A stretch of 64,000 nt of DNA from Candidatus Eiseniibacteriota bacterium. Its GTDB lineage: Bacteria > Eisenbacteria > RBG-16-71-46 > CAZAMP01. Under the pieces are notes generated by a model. That model worked only from the letters and a program-made list of their open reading frames with translations, searched no databases and was not told the origin of the DNA. A program made the position numbers and the translations under genes. Below, one piece after another: positions 19,346 through 29,118 of the stretch. Every line of letters starts with the position of its first letter. Position 1 is the stretch's first letter. The stretch is from NCBI GenBank assembly GCA_965224245.1, contig OZ245046.1, positions 2,336,001 to 2,400,000 on the forward strand, given 5' to 3'.

Positions 19346-20242
19346 CTACGTGCCGGCGATCCGGCGCTGCGCGAGTCGTGCGGCGGCGAACAGCCCGACC
19401 GCGGCGCCCGCAAAGCCGGTGTGTCCCAGTCGCGCGAGGACGAGCGCGTCCAGAAGGCAGAAGCCCGCGATCCACGCGGTCACCGCATCGCGCGTCCGTG
19501 CCGGAGACGATCGAGCCCGGCGCGCGGCGATCCAGAGCCACACGAGGCTCGCGATCGTGAGCACGGCAGTCGCCGGCGCCAAGCCCTGACGGTTGGGCAC
19601 CGCGATGGACAGGGCCAGCGGCGCCAGCATCGGGGCAAACGGCGTCAGGGACGCCGAGCCCCGCGCCGCTCGCTCGTGCTCGTGGCGCGCGACCACGGTC
19701 AGCCCCACCGTGTACGCGAGCACGATCAGCGCCACCGGTACGATGGGGGCGGCGAACGGCCCGTGGGTGGCGGCGTCCGCGCCGACGATCGCGGCCGCGA
19801 CGGGATACACGAGCGCGCGGCAGAGCCCCATGATCCACACCGCATGGGACCATCGCTTGTGCACGAGATCGTAGGTGATGATGGCCGCCGCGAGCCCCAT
19901 CGCGAGCGCGGCCGCGGCGACCGAGGCCGACGCGGCCGCGAGCACGCCCGCACCGAGGAGCATGCCCCCGAGACCGGCGGCCGCTCGACGTCCGATGCGG
20001 CCGGACGGGATCGGTCGGCGCGGGTTGGCCTCGCGGTCGAAGTCCGCGTCGACCACGTCGTTCAGGACCATGCCGCCGACGTACAGGCACGCCACGGACA
20101 CCAGAGCCACCGCCAGCGATCCGGGCGCGGGCCGGGCGTCGGCGATCAGCGCGCCGACGAGCACGTTCGTCAGGACCGTGGGCAGATTGGAGACACGGGC
20201 CAGCTCCGCCACCGGCGCCGCGTAGCGGAGGGATCTGGTCAT
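19346..20242 (-). CDS. eboC: UbiA family prenyltransferase (EboC)
   Basis: 'RVSNLPTV.TNVL.G', 'YVGGMVLNDVVDADFD....P.RPIPSG', 'YD..HK', 'MGLCR'. Confidence 0.85.
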   Translation of the reverse strand: MTRSLRYAAPVAELARVSNLPTVLTNVLVGALIADARPAPGSLAVALVSVACLYVGGMVLNDVVDADFDREANPRRPIPSGRIGRRAAAGLGGMLLGAGVLAAASASVAAAALAMGLAAAIITYDLVHKRWSHAVWIMGLCRALVYPVAAAIVGADAATHGPFAAPIVPVALIVLAYTVGLTVVARHEHERAARGSASLTPFAPMLAPLALSIAVPNRQGLAPATAVLTIASLVWLWIAARRARSSPARTRDAVTAWIAGFCLLDALVLARLGHTGFAGAAVGLFAAARLAQRRIAGT

Positions 20243-21390
20243 GCGGGTCCGATGGCGTCTCGCACCCAGGTCATCTCGGCCGCGATGGCGCTGTCGAGAT
20301 CCGCGGCGCGGTACGCCTCGGGCAGGACGTTCCATGCGTACGTCTCGACCTCGAAGTGCCGCGTCCCGTGGTGCACGAGGGCGGTCTCGATCGCATCGGC
20401 GATCTCCGACTGCGTGGTCCCGAGGATGCCCAGCGTGGACGCGAACACCGGGACGTGGAAGTGCACGCGCACCTCCGATCCCGACTCCATCGACGTCATC
20501 GGCCCCGTGGCCAGCGGGAGATCGTCGAAGAACTCCCGGCGTCCCTGGGCCTCGATCATGGTCTGGTGCAGGTAGCGATCCTCCGCGAAGTCGGAGAGCG
20601 CGGCCACCACGAGGCCCTCCTCGTCCAGCGTGGCCCGGATCGCCGACGAGATCTGGACCTTGCCCACGACGATCCCCGCCCGCGCGAGGTGCTCGATCAC
20701 CTCGGCCTGCGGCTCGAACATGACCGCGGCGTGGCACACGTCGTGACAGACGCGGATGTACCGGCGCACGGTGCGCTCGTCGCCCACCCGGAACAGGTAC
20801 TCGTGGAAGAACGTCACCACGTCCCGCACGGTGTCGAGCACGCAGCCGGGCTCGGGCTCGAGATCCAGGTGGATCGTGCGCCCGGTCTCGGCCTCGACGA
20901 GCGCCAGGTGCGCGGCCATCGCGACCAGGCGCCGCGAGGCCATCTCGAGCCCGGCGGGGGTCACGTCGCCGCGCCAGCCCACGGGCAACGTGGAGATGCT
21001 GCCCTCTTCCCCCTCGGGCAAGAGTGCGGCCAGCACGGCCACCAGCTCGCGCGTGTAGACCTCGCGAGCCTCCTCGGTCCAGTTCGGGCGGTAGACGTCG
21101 TGCTTGACCCGGCGGCCGTGGAAGTCGCCATACGGAAACCCGTTGATCGTGTACGCGATCAGGCCGCTGGACCCGAGCGTCTCGGTGAGCTCGCGCGCGC
21201 GACGAGCCCCGTCACGCGCGGCCGAGGCCGAGAGCCAGATCCCGATGGCCAGGCCGTCGGACGCCTCGATGTGCCGGCGCACACCGGCGCCGTGCCGGGC
21301 CAGGTTGGCCAGCGTCTCGGTCCACGTCGGCCCCTCGTGGACGTTCGTGCAGTACCCGAGGCGGGTGCCCGGTCCGAGTGCGTCTTTCAT
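20239..21390 (-). CDS. eboE: EboE (xylose isomerase-like TIM barrel)
   Basis: 'YCTNVH', '[16 protein letters not shown]', 'LEPEPGC', 'CHAAVMFE', 'RYLHQT', 'RVHFHVP', 'EVETYAW'. Confidence 0.9.
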   Translation of the reverse strand: MKDALGPGTRLGYCTNVHEGPTWTETLANLARHGAGVRRHIEASDGLAIGIWLSASAARDGARRARELTETLGSSGLIAYTINGFPYGDFHGRRVKHDVYRPNWTEEAREVYTRELVAVLAALLPEGEEGSISTLPVGWRGDVTPAGLEMASRRLVAMAAHLALVEAETGRTIHLDLEPEPGCVLDTVRDVVTFFHEYLFRVGDERTVRRYIRVCHDVCHAAVMFEPQAEVIEHLARAGIVVGKVQISSAIRATLDEEGLVVAALSDFAEDRYLHQTMIEAQGRREFFDDLPLATGPMTSMESGSEVRVHFHVPVFASTLGILGTTQSEIADAIETALVHHGTRHFEVETYAWNVLPEAYRAADLDSAIAAEMTWVRDAIGPA

Positions 21391-22190
21391 GAGGCGTGGA
21401 ACTTCCCCGACTGCGACAGAAAGTGAAGGGGGTTCTCGTACGAGATCCGCGAGATGATCGCGTCGGGGTGACCGCGACGGCGCATCTCGCGCTGGCACTT
21501 CGGGACCGCCAGCGGATCGGACGGCCCCCAGTCGCCCGCCGAGTTGATCCACAGCCGCTCGGGGCCGACCGTCTCGATGATGTCGGCCGCGCGCTGGGGC
21601 GTGCACTTCGTGTCGGGATAGAGCGTCATGCCCGCCCAGAAGCCGCGGTCGAGGACGTCGGCGACCGTGTGCTCCTCCACGTGGTCGATGAGCACGCGTC
21701 CGGGATCGATCGCCGCGTTCGCGGCCACGCAGTCCATGATCAGGCGCGTGCCCTTTCGCTTGTCCTCGAGGTGCGGCGTGTGCACGAGGATCAGCTGATC
21801 GTGCGCGGCCGCGATCGCGATCTGCTCCTCCAGGATCGTCATCTCGTTCCGGCTGTTCTTGTTCAGCCCGATCTCGCCCACGCCGATCACGTTGGGGCGG
21901 CTCAGGAACTCGGGGATGATGGCCAGCACCTCGCGCGCGAAGCCGACGTCCTCGGCCTCCTTGGGATTGATGCAGATCCACGCGTGATGCCGGATGCCGT
22001 ACTGCGCGGCGCGCGCCGGCTCCTGCTCGGTGAGATGACGGAAGTAGTCGTGGAAGCCCTTGGCCGAGCTGCGATCGAAGCCGGCCCAGAACGCCGGCTC
22101 GGTGATCGCGACGCACCCCGCGTGGGCCATCCGCTCGTAGTCGTCGGTGGTGCGCGAGACCATGTGGATGTGAGGGTCGATGTACTTCAC
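21387..22190 (-). CDS. eboB: TatD family hydrolase (EboB)
   Basis: '[16 protein letters not shown]', 'EPAFW', 'GVGEIG', 'VHTPH..DK'. Confidence 0.9.
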   Translation of the reverse strand: MKYIDPHIHMVSRTTDDYERMAHAGCVAITEPAFWAGFDRSSAKGFHDYFRHLTEQEPARAAQYGIRHHAWICINPKEAEDVGFAREVLAIIPEFLSRPNVIGVGEIGLNKNSRNEMTILEEQIAIAAAHDQLILVHTPHLEDKRKGTRLIMDCVAANAAIDPGRVLIDHVEEHTVADVLDRGFWAGMTLYPDTKCTPQRAADIIETVGPERLWINSAGDWGPSDPLAVPKCQREMRRRGHPDAIISRISYENPLHFLSQSGKFHAS

Positions 22191-22543
22191 GAGCCGTCTC
22201 CCGGCCAGGCGCCGTGCGCGCCCTTCATCCCCGCAGCGGACGGGATCGGATCGGGGGTGGGATCGCTGAACACGTCGAGCACCCGGCGGGCGCGCTCGCC
22301 CGATCCGTCGTCGAGGAGCGCCAGCGCACGCCGGAACGCGGCGACCCGGAAGTCCTCCCCGGCGCCGGCGGTATCCGCCGCGCCGGCGGTATCCGCCGCG
22401 CCGGCGGCATCGGCGGCGCCGACTACCTCGGCCGCGCCGACTACGTCGGCGGCGCGATCGAGTCGATCCAGGAACGCGGCCACGTCGATCAGCTTCGCGC
22501 GATGCTCCAGGAAGTAGGCGTCGAGAATCTGGGCCGTCGTCAT
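22187..22543 (-). CDS. small hypothetical protein in the ebo cluster
   Basis: '[25 protein letters not shown]...DFR...RARRVL..FSDPT..PI...KGA.GAW'; overlaps the eboB start. Confidence 0.75.
   Translation of the reverse strand: MTTAQILDAYFLEHRAKLIDVAAFLDRLDRAADVVGAAEVVGAADAAGAADTAGAADTAGAGEDFRVAAFRRALALLDDGSGERARRVLDVFSDPTPDPIPSAAGMKGAHGAWPGDGS
22362..22451. repeat. 5 x 18-bp in-frame tandem repeat (e.g. ADTAGA)
   Basis: gcgccggcggtatccgcc-like units at 22362, 22380, 22398, 22416 and 22434. Confidence 0.8.
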
Positions 22544-22592
22544 CGGGCACCGACCACCGGACATGTTGCCTCCCGCCGGAACCGGGTGAACC

Positions 22593-23726
22593 TCAGGCCG
22601 CGCGCGCCAGCGAGCGCATCGCGTCGATCATCAGGCCGTGATCGATCTCACCCACGTCGACGGGCCGTCCGATGCCCTCGAGCAGCATGATCGACAGCGC
22701 GCCGCCCAGATGCTCCCGGAACTCCTCGAGTCCGGCGAGCACCGCCGCGGGCTCGGCCAGAGCCGGATGGTACAGCGAAAAGCCGAGCGCTTCGAGACAC
22801 TCCCGAATGCGAGCGCCCTCGGCCGGAGCGAGGAGCCCGGCCCGCTCGGAGTAGGCCACGTCGAGCGCGATGCCGATCGCGACCGCGGCGCCGTGGGACA
22901 GCGCGTAGCCGGTGACGGTCTCCAGACGGTGGGCGGCCCAGTGCCCGAAGTCCAGTGGACGGGAGTCCGTCAGCTCGAACGGGTCGCCGCCCTCGGTGAT
23001 GTGATCGAAGTGCAACCGGGCCGAGGCCTCCAGGAGTGGCCCCGCCGTGTCGAGATCGCGCGCGAGAATCGCGGGAGCGGCCCCTTCGACGCGCTCGAAG
23101 AGCGTTCGGTCCTTGATCAGCGCGACCTTCACGACCTCGCTGAAGCCCGAGCGCCAGGGCTCGTCGGGCAGCGACGTCAGGAGCTCGAGATCGTTCACGA
23201 CCGCCCAGGGCGGGGCGAACGTGCCGATGAAGTTCTTCTTTCCGAACGCGTTGATGCCGTTCTTGACCCCCACGCCCGAGTCGCACTGCGAGAGCGTGGT
23301 GCTGGGGACGCGAACCAGGCGAACCCCCCGGTGCGCGATGGACGCCGCAAAGCCGACCGTGTCGAGCACGGCCCCCCCGCCGACCGCGAGCACGGTCGAC
23401 CGGCGGCAGATGCCGGCGGCGTCCAGCGTGGTCAGGATCCGTTCGAGAGCGGAGCGGTCGTTCTTGATCGCCTCGCCCCCCGGCACGATCACGGGCGCCA
23501 CCGGCACGTCGACGCGCGAGGCGTGACGGTCGAGATAGGTCGCCAGCGCGCCGGTCAGCTCCGGCCGCGCCGCGGCGAGACCGCCGTCGACGAACGCGGC
23601 GACGCGGGCCCGATCCCGTCCGCCCGCGTCCAGAACGGACGCAAGCGTGGCGTTCGACGCCCCGAACACGTCGCGCGTGGTCAGGAGGCGATGACTGAAG
23701 CGGATCGAGAAACGCTGTTCGAGCAT
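22593..23726 (-). CDS. eboD: 3-dehydroquinate synthase-like sugar-phosphate cyclase (EboD)
   Basis: 'PGGEAIKN', 'GGGAVLD..GFAASIAHRG', 'DSGVGVKNG', 'PLDFGHWAAH', 'HGAAVAIG'. Confidence 0.9.
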   Translation of the reverse strand: MLEQRFSIRFSHRLLTTRDVFGASNATLASVLDAGGRDRARVAAFVDGGLAAARPELTGALATYLDRHASRVDVPVAPVIVPGGEAIKNDRSALERILTTLDAAGICRRSTVLAVGGGAVLDTVGFAASIAHRGVRLVRVPSTTLSQCDSGVGVKNGINAFGKKNFIGTFAPPWAVVNDLELLTSLPDEPWRSGFSEVVKVALIKDRTLFERVEGAAPAILARDLDTAGPLLEASARLHFDHITEGGDPFELTDSRPLDFGHWAAHRLETVTGYALSHGAAVAIGIALDVAYSERAGLLAPAEGARIRECLEALGFSLYHPALAEPAAVLAGLEEFREHLGGALSIMLLEGIGRPVDVGEIDHGLMIDAMRSLARAA

Positions 23727-23786
23727 GGCGTCGATGCACTTGGTTGGCGAGTGGTGGGGACCGTCCGGCCGAATCAACGAGGTTCT

Positions 23787-23816
23787 AGCATACGGGAGCG
23801 GACGCCATCGCGCCAA
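23787..23816 (-). promoter_or_regulatory. candidate sigma70 promoter of the ebo operon
   Basis: TTGGCG-N18-TATGCT on the minus strand. Confidence 0.4.
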
Positions 23817-23871
23817 GCGAGGCACGACGGGACCCGTGTAAACGGTCCGTAAAATACCCCCCGACAAGGAG

Positions 23872-23901
23872 TTGCCGACACCCGAGCCCGTGCGCTAGCC
23901 T
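23872..23901 (+). promoter_or_regulatory. candidate sigma70 promoter of the selenoprotein gene
   Basis: TTGCCG-N18-TAGCCT, then AGGAGAGG RBS before GTG 23933. Confidence 0.4.
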
Positions 23902-23932
23902 GGATGACGTCATCCACGAAGGAGAGGTTCGC

Positions 23933-25312
23933 GTGCGCTGCAGCTCCCGTCGGTCGATCGCGATCGGTCTCGTCGTCCTCGCCGGCGCCGCCTGCCACGC
24001 GGGCTCCCGCGCGGGGGACGTCGCGATCGACGCGCGCGACGTCACCGCTCGAGGGGTTCCCGAGGGCGCCCTCATGCTCCAGCTCCTGGCCACCGCGCGA
24101 GTCGACGGCCAGGTACTGCCCTGCGGCTGAAAGGGCAACCGGGGCGGGTTGGCCCGGCGGGCCACCCTCATCGACTCGCTTCGGGCGGCGAACCCGAACA
24201 CGATCGTCGTGGATGCCGGCAACTTCAGCGACAACACGACGGGCACCGGCCTGCCCCTCAGCCAGTTCATCTGCGAGGTGTACGATCGGCTCGGCTACGA
24301 CGCGATCTGCCTGGGCCCGACCGACCTCCTGCACGGGCTCGACGCGTTCCACGTGGAGACGCCGATCGTGATGTCGAACGTCGAGGTCCGCGACGGCGAC
24401 TCGACGCGGCCCGCGTTCGAGCGCCATGCGATGCGCACGCTGCCCGGCGGTCTGCGCGTCGGCATCTTCGGGCTCCTGACCCAGGACCTCCCGCTGACCG
24501 TGCTCGACGCCGCCCCCGACATCGTCGTGAACGACCCCTTCGCCGTGACCGAGGAGATGCTCGACACCCTGGACCGCGAGGGCGCGGATCTCGTGGTGCT
24601 CCTGTCGCAGCTCGAGAACGCCCTGACCGACTCGGTCCTGGCCCGGAACCCGCGCATCGACGCCGCCGTGTGCGGGAGCACCACGGCCCGCCACCCGCGA
24701 CGGGCCCCGGAGGCGCTCGACGCCCGGGTCCTCTACCCCGTCTCGCGGGCCCCGAGCCTGGCCCACCTGACCCTGACCGTGTCACCCGAGGGCGACGTCC
24801 TCGACGCCGTCGCCACCGAGACCGACGTTCGTCACGCGCTCGTGCCCGATCGCGAGCTCGAGGCTCGCATGTCCGAGCTCTTCGTCGAGCTTCGCGAGCT
24901 TCGGGCCGAGACGATCGCGTCCCTCGTGACCGAGGCCGGCGGCGAGGACGCGGCCGACCGGTACGTCGGGTACGACGAGTGCGCGCAGTGCCACGTGCGC
25001 GAGCACGAGATCTGGAAGGGCTCGCCCCACGCGGGTGCGTATCGGACCCTGATCGAGCTGGGGCTCTCGGAGAACGTGGACTGCCTTCGCTGCCACGTGG
25101 TCGGCTACGGCCGGGAAGGCGGCTTCCGATCCGGGTCGGCCGAGCCCGATCTGGGCGGCGTGCAATGCGAGAGCTGCCACGGGATGGGATCGAAGCACTT
25201 CGAGCCGATCCCCGAGCATCGGCTGGAGGGCCTGTGCGTGAGATGTCACGATCAGGAGAACTCGCCCGACTTCGACCTCGACGTCTACCTCGAGCAGATC
25301 CGGCACTGGTAG
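23933..25312 (+). CDS. probable selenoprotein: UshA/5'-nucleotidase-like domain with C-G-U motif fused to a tetraheme cytochrome c (459 aa with UGA readthrough)
   Basis: ORFs 23933..24130 and 24149..25312 are in the same frame, split only by TGA 24128-24130: 'QVLPCG(U)KGNRGGLARRATL'. Signal peptide; 'VVDAGNF', 'LGYDA'; CAQCH, CLRCH, CESCH, CVRCH. Confidence 0.85.
24133..24155 (+). promoter_or_regulatory. putative bacterial SECIS hairpin
   Basis: GGGC-AACC-[GGGGCG]-GGTT-G-GCCC begins 2 nt after the UGA and has a G-rich loop. Confidence 0.6.
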
Positions 25313-25361
25313 CGCGCGCTCGCCGGCCCCTCGACGCCCGCGCGATCGCGGCGCCTCGACC

Positions 25362-26138
25362 TCACCCTGCCGATCGGATGAGGCGCGCCAGGTAGCGTCC
25401 CTCGTCCTCCTCGCAGACCACGCTCGCGTGCCAGCCCCGCGCGGCGGCGGCCCGCTCCAGCGTCCACGGATCCGCGAACAGCCACGGGTACTCGGCGCCC
25501 CGCGAGCCGCGGTACTCGAGGTGAAAGCGAACGTCTCCGGCGTATCGTCCGGATACCTCGCGCGAGAGCACGCCCGCGAGCACCGACGGCTCGCGGGATC
25601 GCCGGAGATCGATCGAGTCGACGAGCGCGGAGCCCGACGGGGCCACGAGCCGCTCCAGCGCATCGAAGAGCCGCGGCAGGTCGGCGAGGGCGCCGACGAG
25701 ACCGAGCCCGTTCATCAGCATCAGCACGGTGTCGAACGGCTCGGTCGGATGGTGATCGAACAGATCGGCCGCCCGGGCGTCGGATATGCCCCGGGCGCGC
25801 ATGACGTCGACCGCCTCGGGCACGACGTCGATCGCGCGAACCGACCGGCCGTCCGCGATCAGGGCCAGCGAGTGGCACCCCGCACCCGCCCCGGCATCCA
25901 GCACGCGCGACCCCGAGAGCGTCAGCGCGGTCTGCTCGATGGCCGAGAAGTCGGACTCGCCACGGAAGAACGTGGCGGCCGGCATCGACTGCCGGCCGCC
26001 GTCGTCCCGATGCGCCACCACGGGATGGCCGGTGTCACCGGCGTTCCAGTCGGCCAGCGCGCGACCGAGCGGCGCGAACGCGGGCGCAGGGGGCGAGCTC
26101 CCGCGTACCCGCTCGCCGGGTGGGCGCTCAGCGCCCAC
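25362..26138 (-). CDS. class I SAM-dependent methyltransferase
   Basis: 'RVLDAGAGAGCHSL', 'FDTVLMLMNGLG', 'PWLFAD'. Start uncertain. Confidence 0.85.
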   Translation of the reverse strand: MGAERPPGERVRGSSPPAPAFAPLGRALADWNAGDTGHPVVAHRDDGGRQSMPAATFFRGESDFSAIEQTALTLSGSRVLDAGAGAGCHSLALIADGRSVRAIDVVPEAVDVMRARGISDARAADLFDHHPTEPFDTVLMLMNGLGLVGALADLPRLFDALERLVAPSGSALVDSIDLRRSREPSVLAGVLSREVSGRYAGDVRFHLEYRGSRGAEYPWLFADPWTLERAAAARGWHASVVCEEDEGRYLARLIRSAG

Positions 26139-26140
26139 CG
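26116..26140. other. perfect 11-bp inverted repeat over the SGNH gene stop codon
   Basis: ccggtgggcgc-tca-gcgcccaccgg. Confidence 0.6.
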
Positions 26141-27519
26141 GCGAGAAGTGCCTGCATGGCCTCGAGCGCCTGGTGGCCGGACGCGTCGAACAGGTCACCC
26201 GGTCCGCGGCGCGCACCCGGCGCCGCCTCGAACCCGGTCGCGTTGGTCACCCCGGACACGTCCTCCGGCGGGATGCCCAGACCGTACGCGCCGTTCAGTG
26301 CCTCGATGAACAGGTTCGCGACGTGCGCATAGCCCTTTTCGCTGGGGTGAAATCCGTCGAGGCTGAACGCGGAGTTCACGTTCTGCCCGGTGGGGCCCCA
26401 TGCGAACAGCGAGTTCAGCTGGGACGGGTCGGCCGGCAACCCCGAGAGCCCGGCGGCCACGTCCACCAGCGCCCAGCCGTTGGCCGCCGCCGTGCTGGCG
26501 ATGATCGCGTTCAGCTGCGAGACCGCGCCGGTGACCAGCTCCATCTCCGCCGAGGTGAGCGTCGCATTCGACGGCAGCGTGTTCTCGCCGGTCCCGTACG
26601 GCGGCGGCAGGTACGTGGCCGCCACCGCGGGGTCGGCCAGCGCGGACTGGGTGAGCAGCACGCGCTCCACGTCGCCCTCGACGCTCTGGAACGGGACGAA
26701 CGTGCCGCCGGCGTCCACGCCGGTCGGAACCGTCGTGAAGAACGGGGTGGCGGTGACGTTCACGACGTTCGCGATCGCGACCCTGTCGATCTCCGCCGAC
26801 GCGAGCGCGGACACGACCGCGTTCAGCGTGGGCTGGAGGAGCGTCGTGAACACGTTCAGCGACGTCGGGTTCCCGCCCGCCGCGCCGCCGAGCACGTCGT
26901 TGCTGCCGATCCAGAGCGTCAGCACGTCCGGCGCGAGGGCGACCGCCTGCTCGAGCTGCGTCTGACCGCCGGGCGGCAGGTTCGCGTTGCGGAGGATCAG
27001 ATCGAAGAACGGGTTCGGGATCAGGATCGTCGAGCCCGAATCGACCGTCGTGAACATCTCCTGCGAGAACGCGCCGGGCACCCCGAGGTTGTCGTACGGC
27101 ACCGGATGCTCGGCGTTCCGGAGGAGTGCGAGGATCGCGTCGAGCGGGTTTGCGGGGTCGAACCCCGGCAGGATGTCGGCGCCGATCGATCCGTCGGGGC
27201 GGACGTGGAGCGCCGTCAGGGGCGCGCCCGAGGGGTGCCGGGTGCTCCCGAGCCCCGGCGCGGCGACGATCGGCTGTGCGTACGCCTGCCATCCCGCCTG
27301 CGTCGCGATGCGACGCCCGTACGAGGCCTCCTGCCCCCCGATGATCAGCCCGCCGTTGAGGAAGCCGGCCGTGAAGCTGTCTCCGATGGACGCGAGCCGG
27401 AGCGTGTGATGGGCGCTCCGCTGCGAGCTGACGACGTCGGGTGTCCGGGGGCATCCCGTGATCACGAGCCCGGCGACGGCCGCAAGGACGATGGACCACG
27501 ATCGTGACGTGCGAAGCAT
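26128..27519 (-). CDS. SGNH/GDSL hydrolase lipoprotein
   Basis: Lipobox 'ITGC'; blocks 'GDSFTAG', 'NLGVPGA', 'IGSND', 'DGFHP'. Confidence 0.85.
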   Translation of the reverse strand: MLRTSRSWSIVLAAVAGLVITGCPRTPDVVSSQRSAHHTLRLASIGDSFTAGFLNGGLIIGGQEASYGRRIATQAGWQAYAQPIVAAPGLGSTRHPSGAPLTALHVRPDGSIGADILPGFDPANPLDAILALLRNAEHPVPYDNLGVPGAFSQEMFTTVDSGSTILIPNPFFDLILRNANLPPGGQTQLEQAVALAPDVLTLWIGSNDVLGGAAGGNPTSLNVFTTLLQPTLNAVVSALASAEIDRVAIANVVNVTATPFFTTVPTGVDAGGTFVPFQSVEGDVERVLLTQSALADPAVAATYLPPPYGTGENTLPSNATLTSAEMELVTGAVSQLNAIIASTAAANGWALVDVAAGLSGLPADPSQLNSLFAWGPTGQNVNSAFSLDGFHPSEKGYAHVANLFIEALNGAYGLGIPPEDVSGVTNATGFEAAPGARRGPGDLFDASGHQALEAMQALLAGGR

Positions 27520-27537
27520 GAGTCATCCTCCCCGTGG

Positions 27538-28854
27538 CTAGAAGTGGACGTTGACGCCGAGCGACCCGATGTGGGCCACCGAGTCGTAGACGCCGTCGAA
27601 CGAGTCGTAGTTCCGGCCGACGCCGTCGACGATCGTGGACCGCTCCGCGAAGTCGACGAACATGTAGGCGCCGGCGATCTGCCACTTGCCGTTCGTCCAC
27701 GAGAGTCCGCCGCTGTAGTCGAGACGATCGGCGTCGGGCAGTAGCGGGCTCACCGACGAGACGGGCTGCGGTGAGTCGTCGTAGACGAAGCCGGCCATGA
27801 ACGTGAGCGACTCGCCGAGCGGGTACTCGACGCCCGCGCGCCACTGCTGGCCGTCCTGATAGTACTCTTCGAGCACCTGATCCGGGAGCGCGGGGGTATC
27901 GAACTCGAGGACGACCTCGTCGAACTCGCTCCAGCTGAACCAGACGAAGTCGGCCATCACCGCGAGCCCGCCGAGGTCCACGCGCGCGCCGGCCGAGACG
28001 ATCGACGGGTACGCGAGGTCGCCACGGGCCTCGACCCCGGTGCCCGACGCGGCCAGCTGCGCGGCCACCGCGGCGTCCAGGAGCGCGATGCCGGTCTCGA
28101 TCTGCTCGAACGTGGCCGTGCCGTCCTTGAACTCGTTGTTGACACCGCCCTTGTAGTTGACGCCGATCGAGACGTCGTCGGTCGGCTTCCACATGAGGGC
28201 GGCCGCGGCCGACGCGGCCAGCGAGCTGGTGCCGCTGAGTCCGACGTCGGCCACGTTGTACGCGGCGTTGTCGGTCCCGAAACGCTGGGTCTGCACGCGG
28301 TCCAGATCGAGCTCGGAGATGACGAAGTTGACACCGACCGAGATCGCCACGCGATCGGTGGGCCGATGAGTGATGACCGGCGACAGGTAGTAGCCGCGGA
28401 TGTTCGCGTTCGTCGACAGCGCGCGACCCGCGAAGCTCTCCGGATCGTCCCACTCCACCCCGAGGCCGAACGGCGTGAACACGCCCAGGCCGCCCGACCA
28501 GCGCTCCGACGCGCGGAGCGTCACGTAGAGGCCCGACGGAAAGAAGACGTTGCTCGCGGTCTCGGACGACACGTCCCCGGGATAGAGATCCGTCGTGAGC
28601 CCCGCCGCCCGGGTGTACCTGGAGTCGGGCACGATCGCCGACGTGTTCAGCGAGAGCGCGTAGCCCTCGTCCTGCCACGCCAGCCCGGCGGGGTTGTAGA
28701 AGAGCGCGGACCCGTCGTCCGCGGTGGCCGTGAACGCGCCCCCGAGGGCGGTGGCGCGAGCTCCCATCTCGTAGATGTTGAAGCCACCGCTCTCTGCGGT
28801 ACCGGCCGCGGCACACGCGAGCGCCGTCGCCAGGACAATCCGTTGACCTCGCAC
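27538..28854 (-). CDS. FadL/OmpP1 family outer-membrane transporter
   Basis: AAGGAGG RBS and GTG at 28854; 'GFNIYEMGARATALGGA', 'FYNPAGL', 'PFGL', 'LPDADR'; terminal Phe. Confidence 0.9.
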   Translation of the reverse strand: MRGQRIVLATALACAAAGTAESGGFNIYEMGARATALGGAFTATADDGSALFYNPAGLAWQDEGYALSLNTSAIVPDSRYTRAAGLTTDLYPGDVSSETASNVFFPSGLYVTLRASERWSGGLGVFTPFGLGVEWDDPESFAGRALSTNANIRGYYLSPVITHRPTDRVAISVGVNFVISELDLDRVQTQRFGTDNAAYNVADVGLSGTSSLAASAAAALMWKPTDDVSIGVNYKGGVNNEFKDGTATFEQIETGIALLDAAVAAQLAASGTGVEARGDLAYPSIVSAGARVDLGGLAVMADFVWFSWSEFDEVVLEFDTPALPDQVLEEYYQDGQQWRAGVEYPLGESLTFMAGFVYDDSPQPVSSVSPLLPDADRLDYSGGLSWTNGKWQIAGAYMFVDFAERSTIVDGVGRNYDSFDGVYDSVAHIGSLGVNVHF

Positions 28855-29118
28855 TGGTACCTCCTTGAGCGGAGCGCTCGCACGTGCGTTCCGGCGTGCG
28901 AGCGCTCGAACGCCCGCGCACGGCGTCGTGCGGGGCGGAAACGCGATCCACCGCGCGCGCCCGGGGCACACGCGAACTCGGCGGTCGTCCGTCGGCGGCC
29001 GGGCCAGCCCCACCGGAGCGTCGCGGGCGAGCGTGCCCGGTCCTCCCGGGCACGCCTCAAATCAAAGCAACCGAAAGACTTAGCACGCGTTCGCCAGAGA
29101 CACAAGCATCTCGCGCGT

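Noticed and set aside
22593-23726. Housekeeping aroB
   Set aside because: Context (eboB/E/C/F) and the 'AHRG' and 'DFGHWAAH' motifs indicate the EboD subfamily.
23933-24130. Separate 65-aa gene or nonsense pseudogene
   Set aside because: The in-frame continuation, CxU context and adjacent hairpin favour Sec readthrough.
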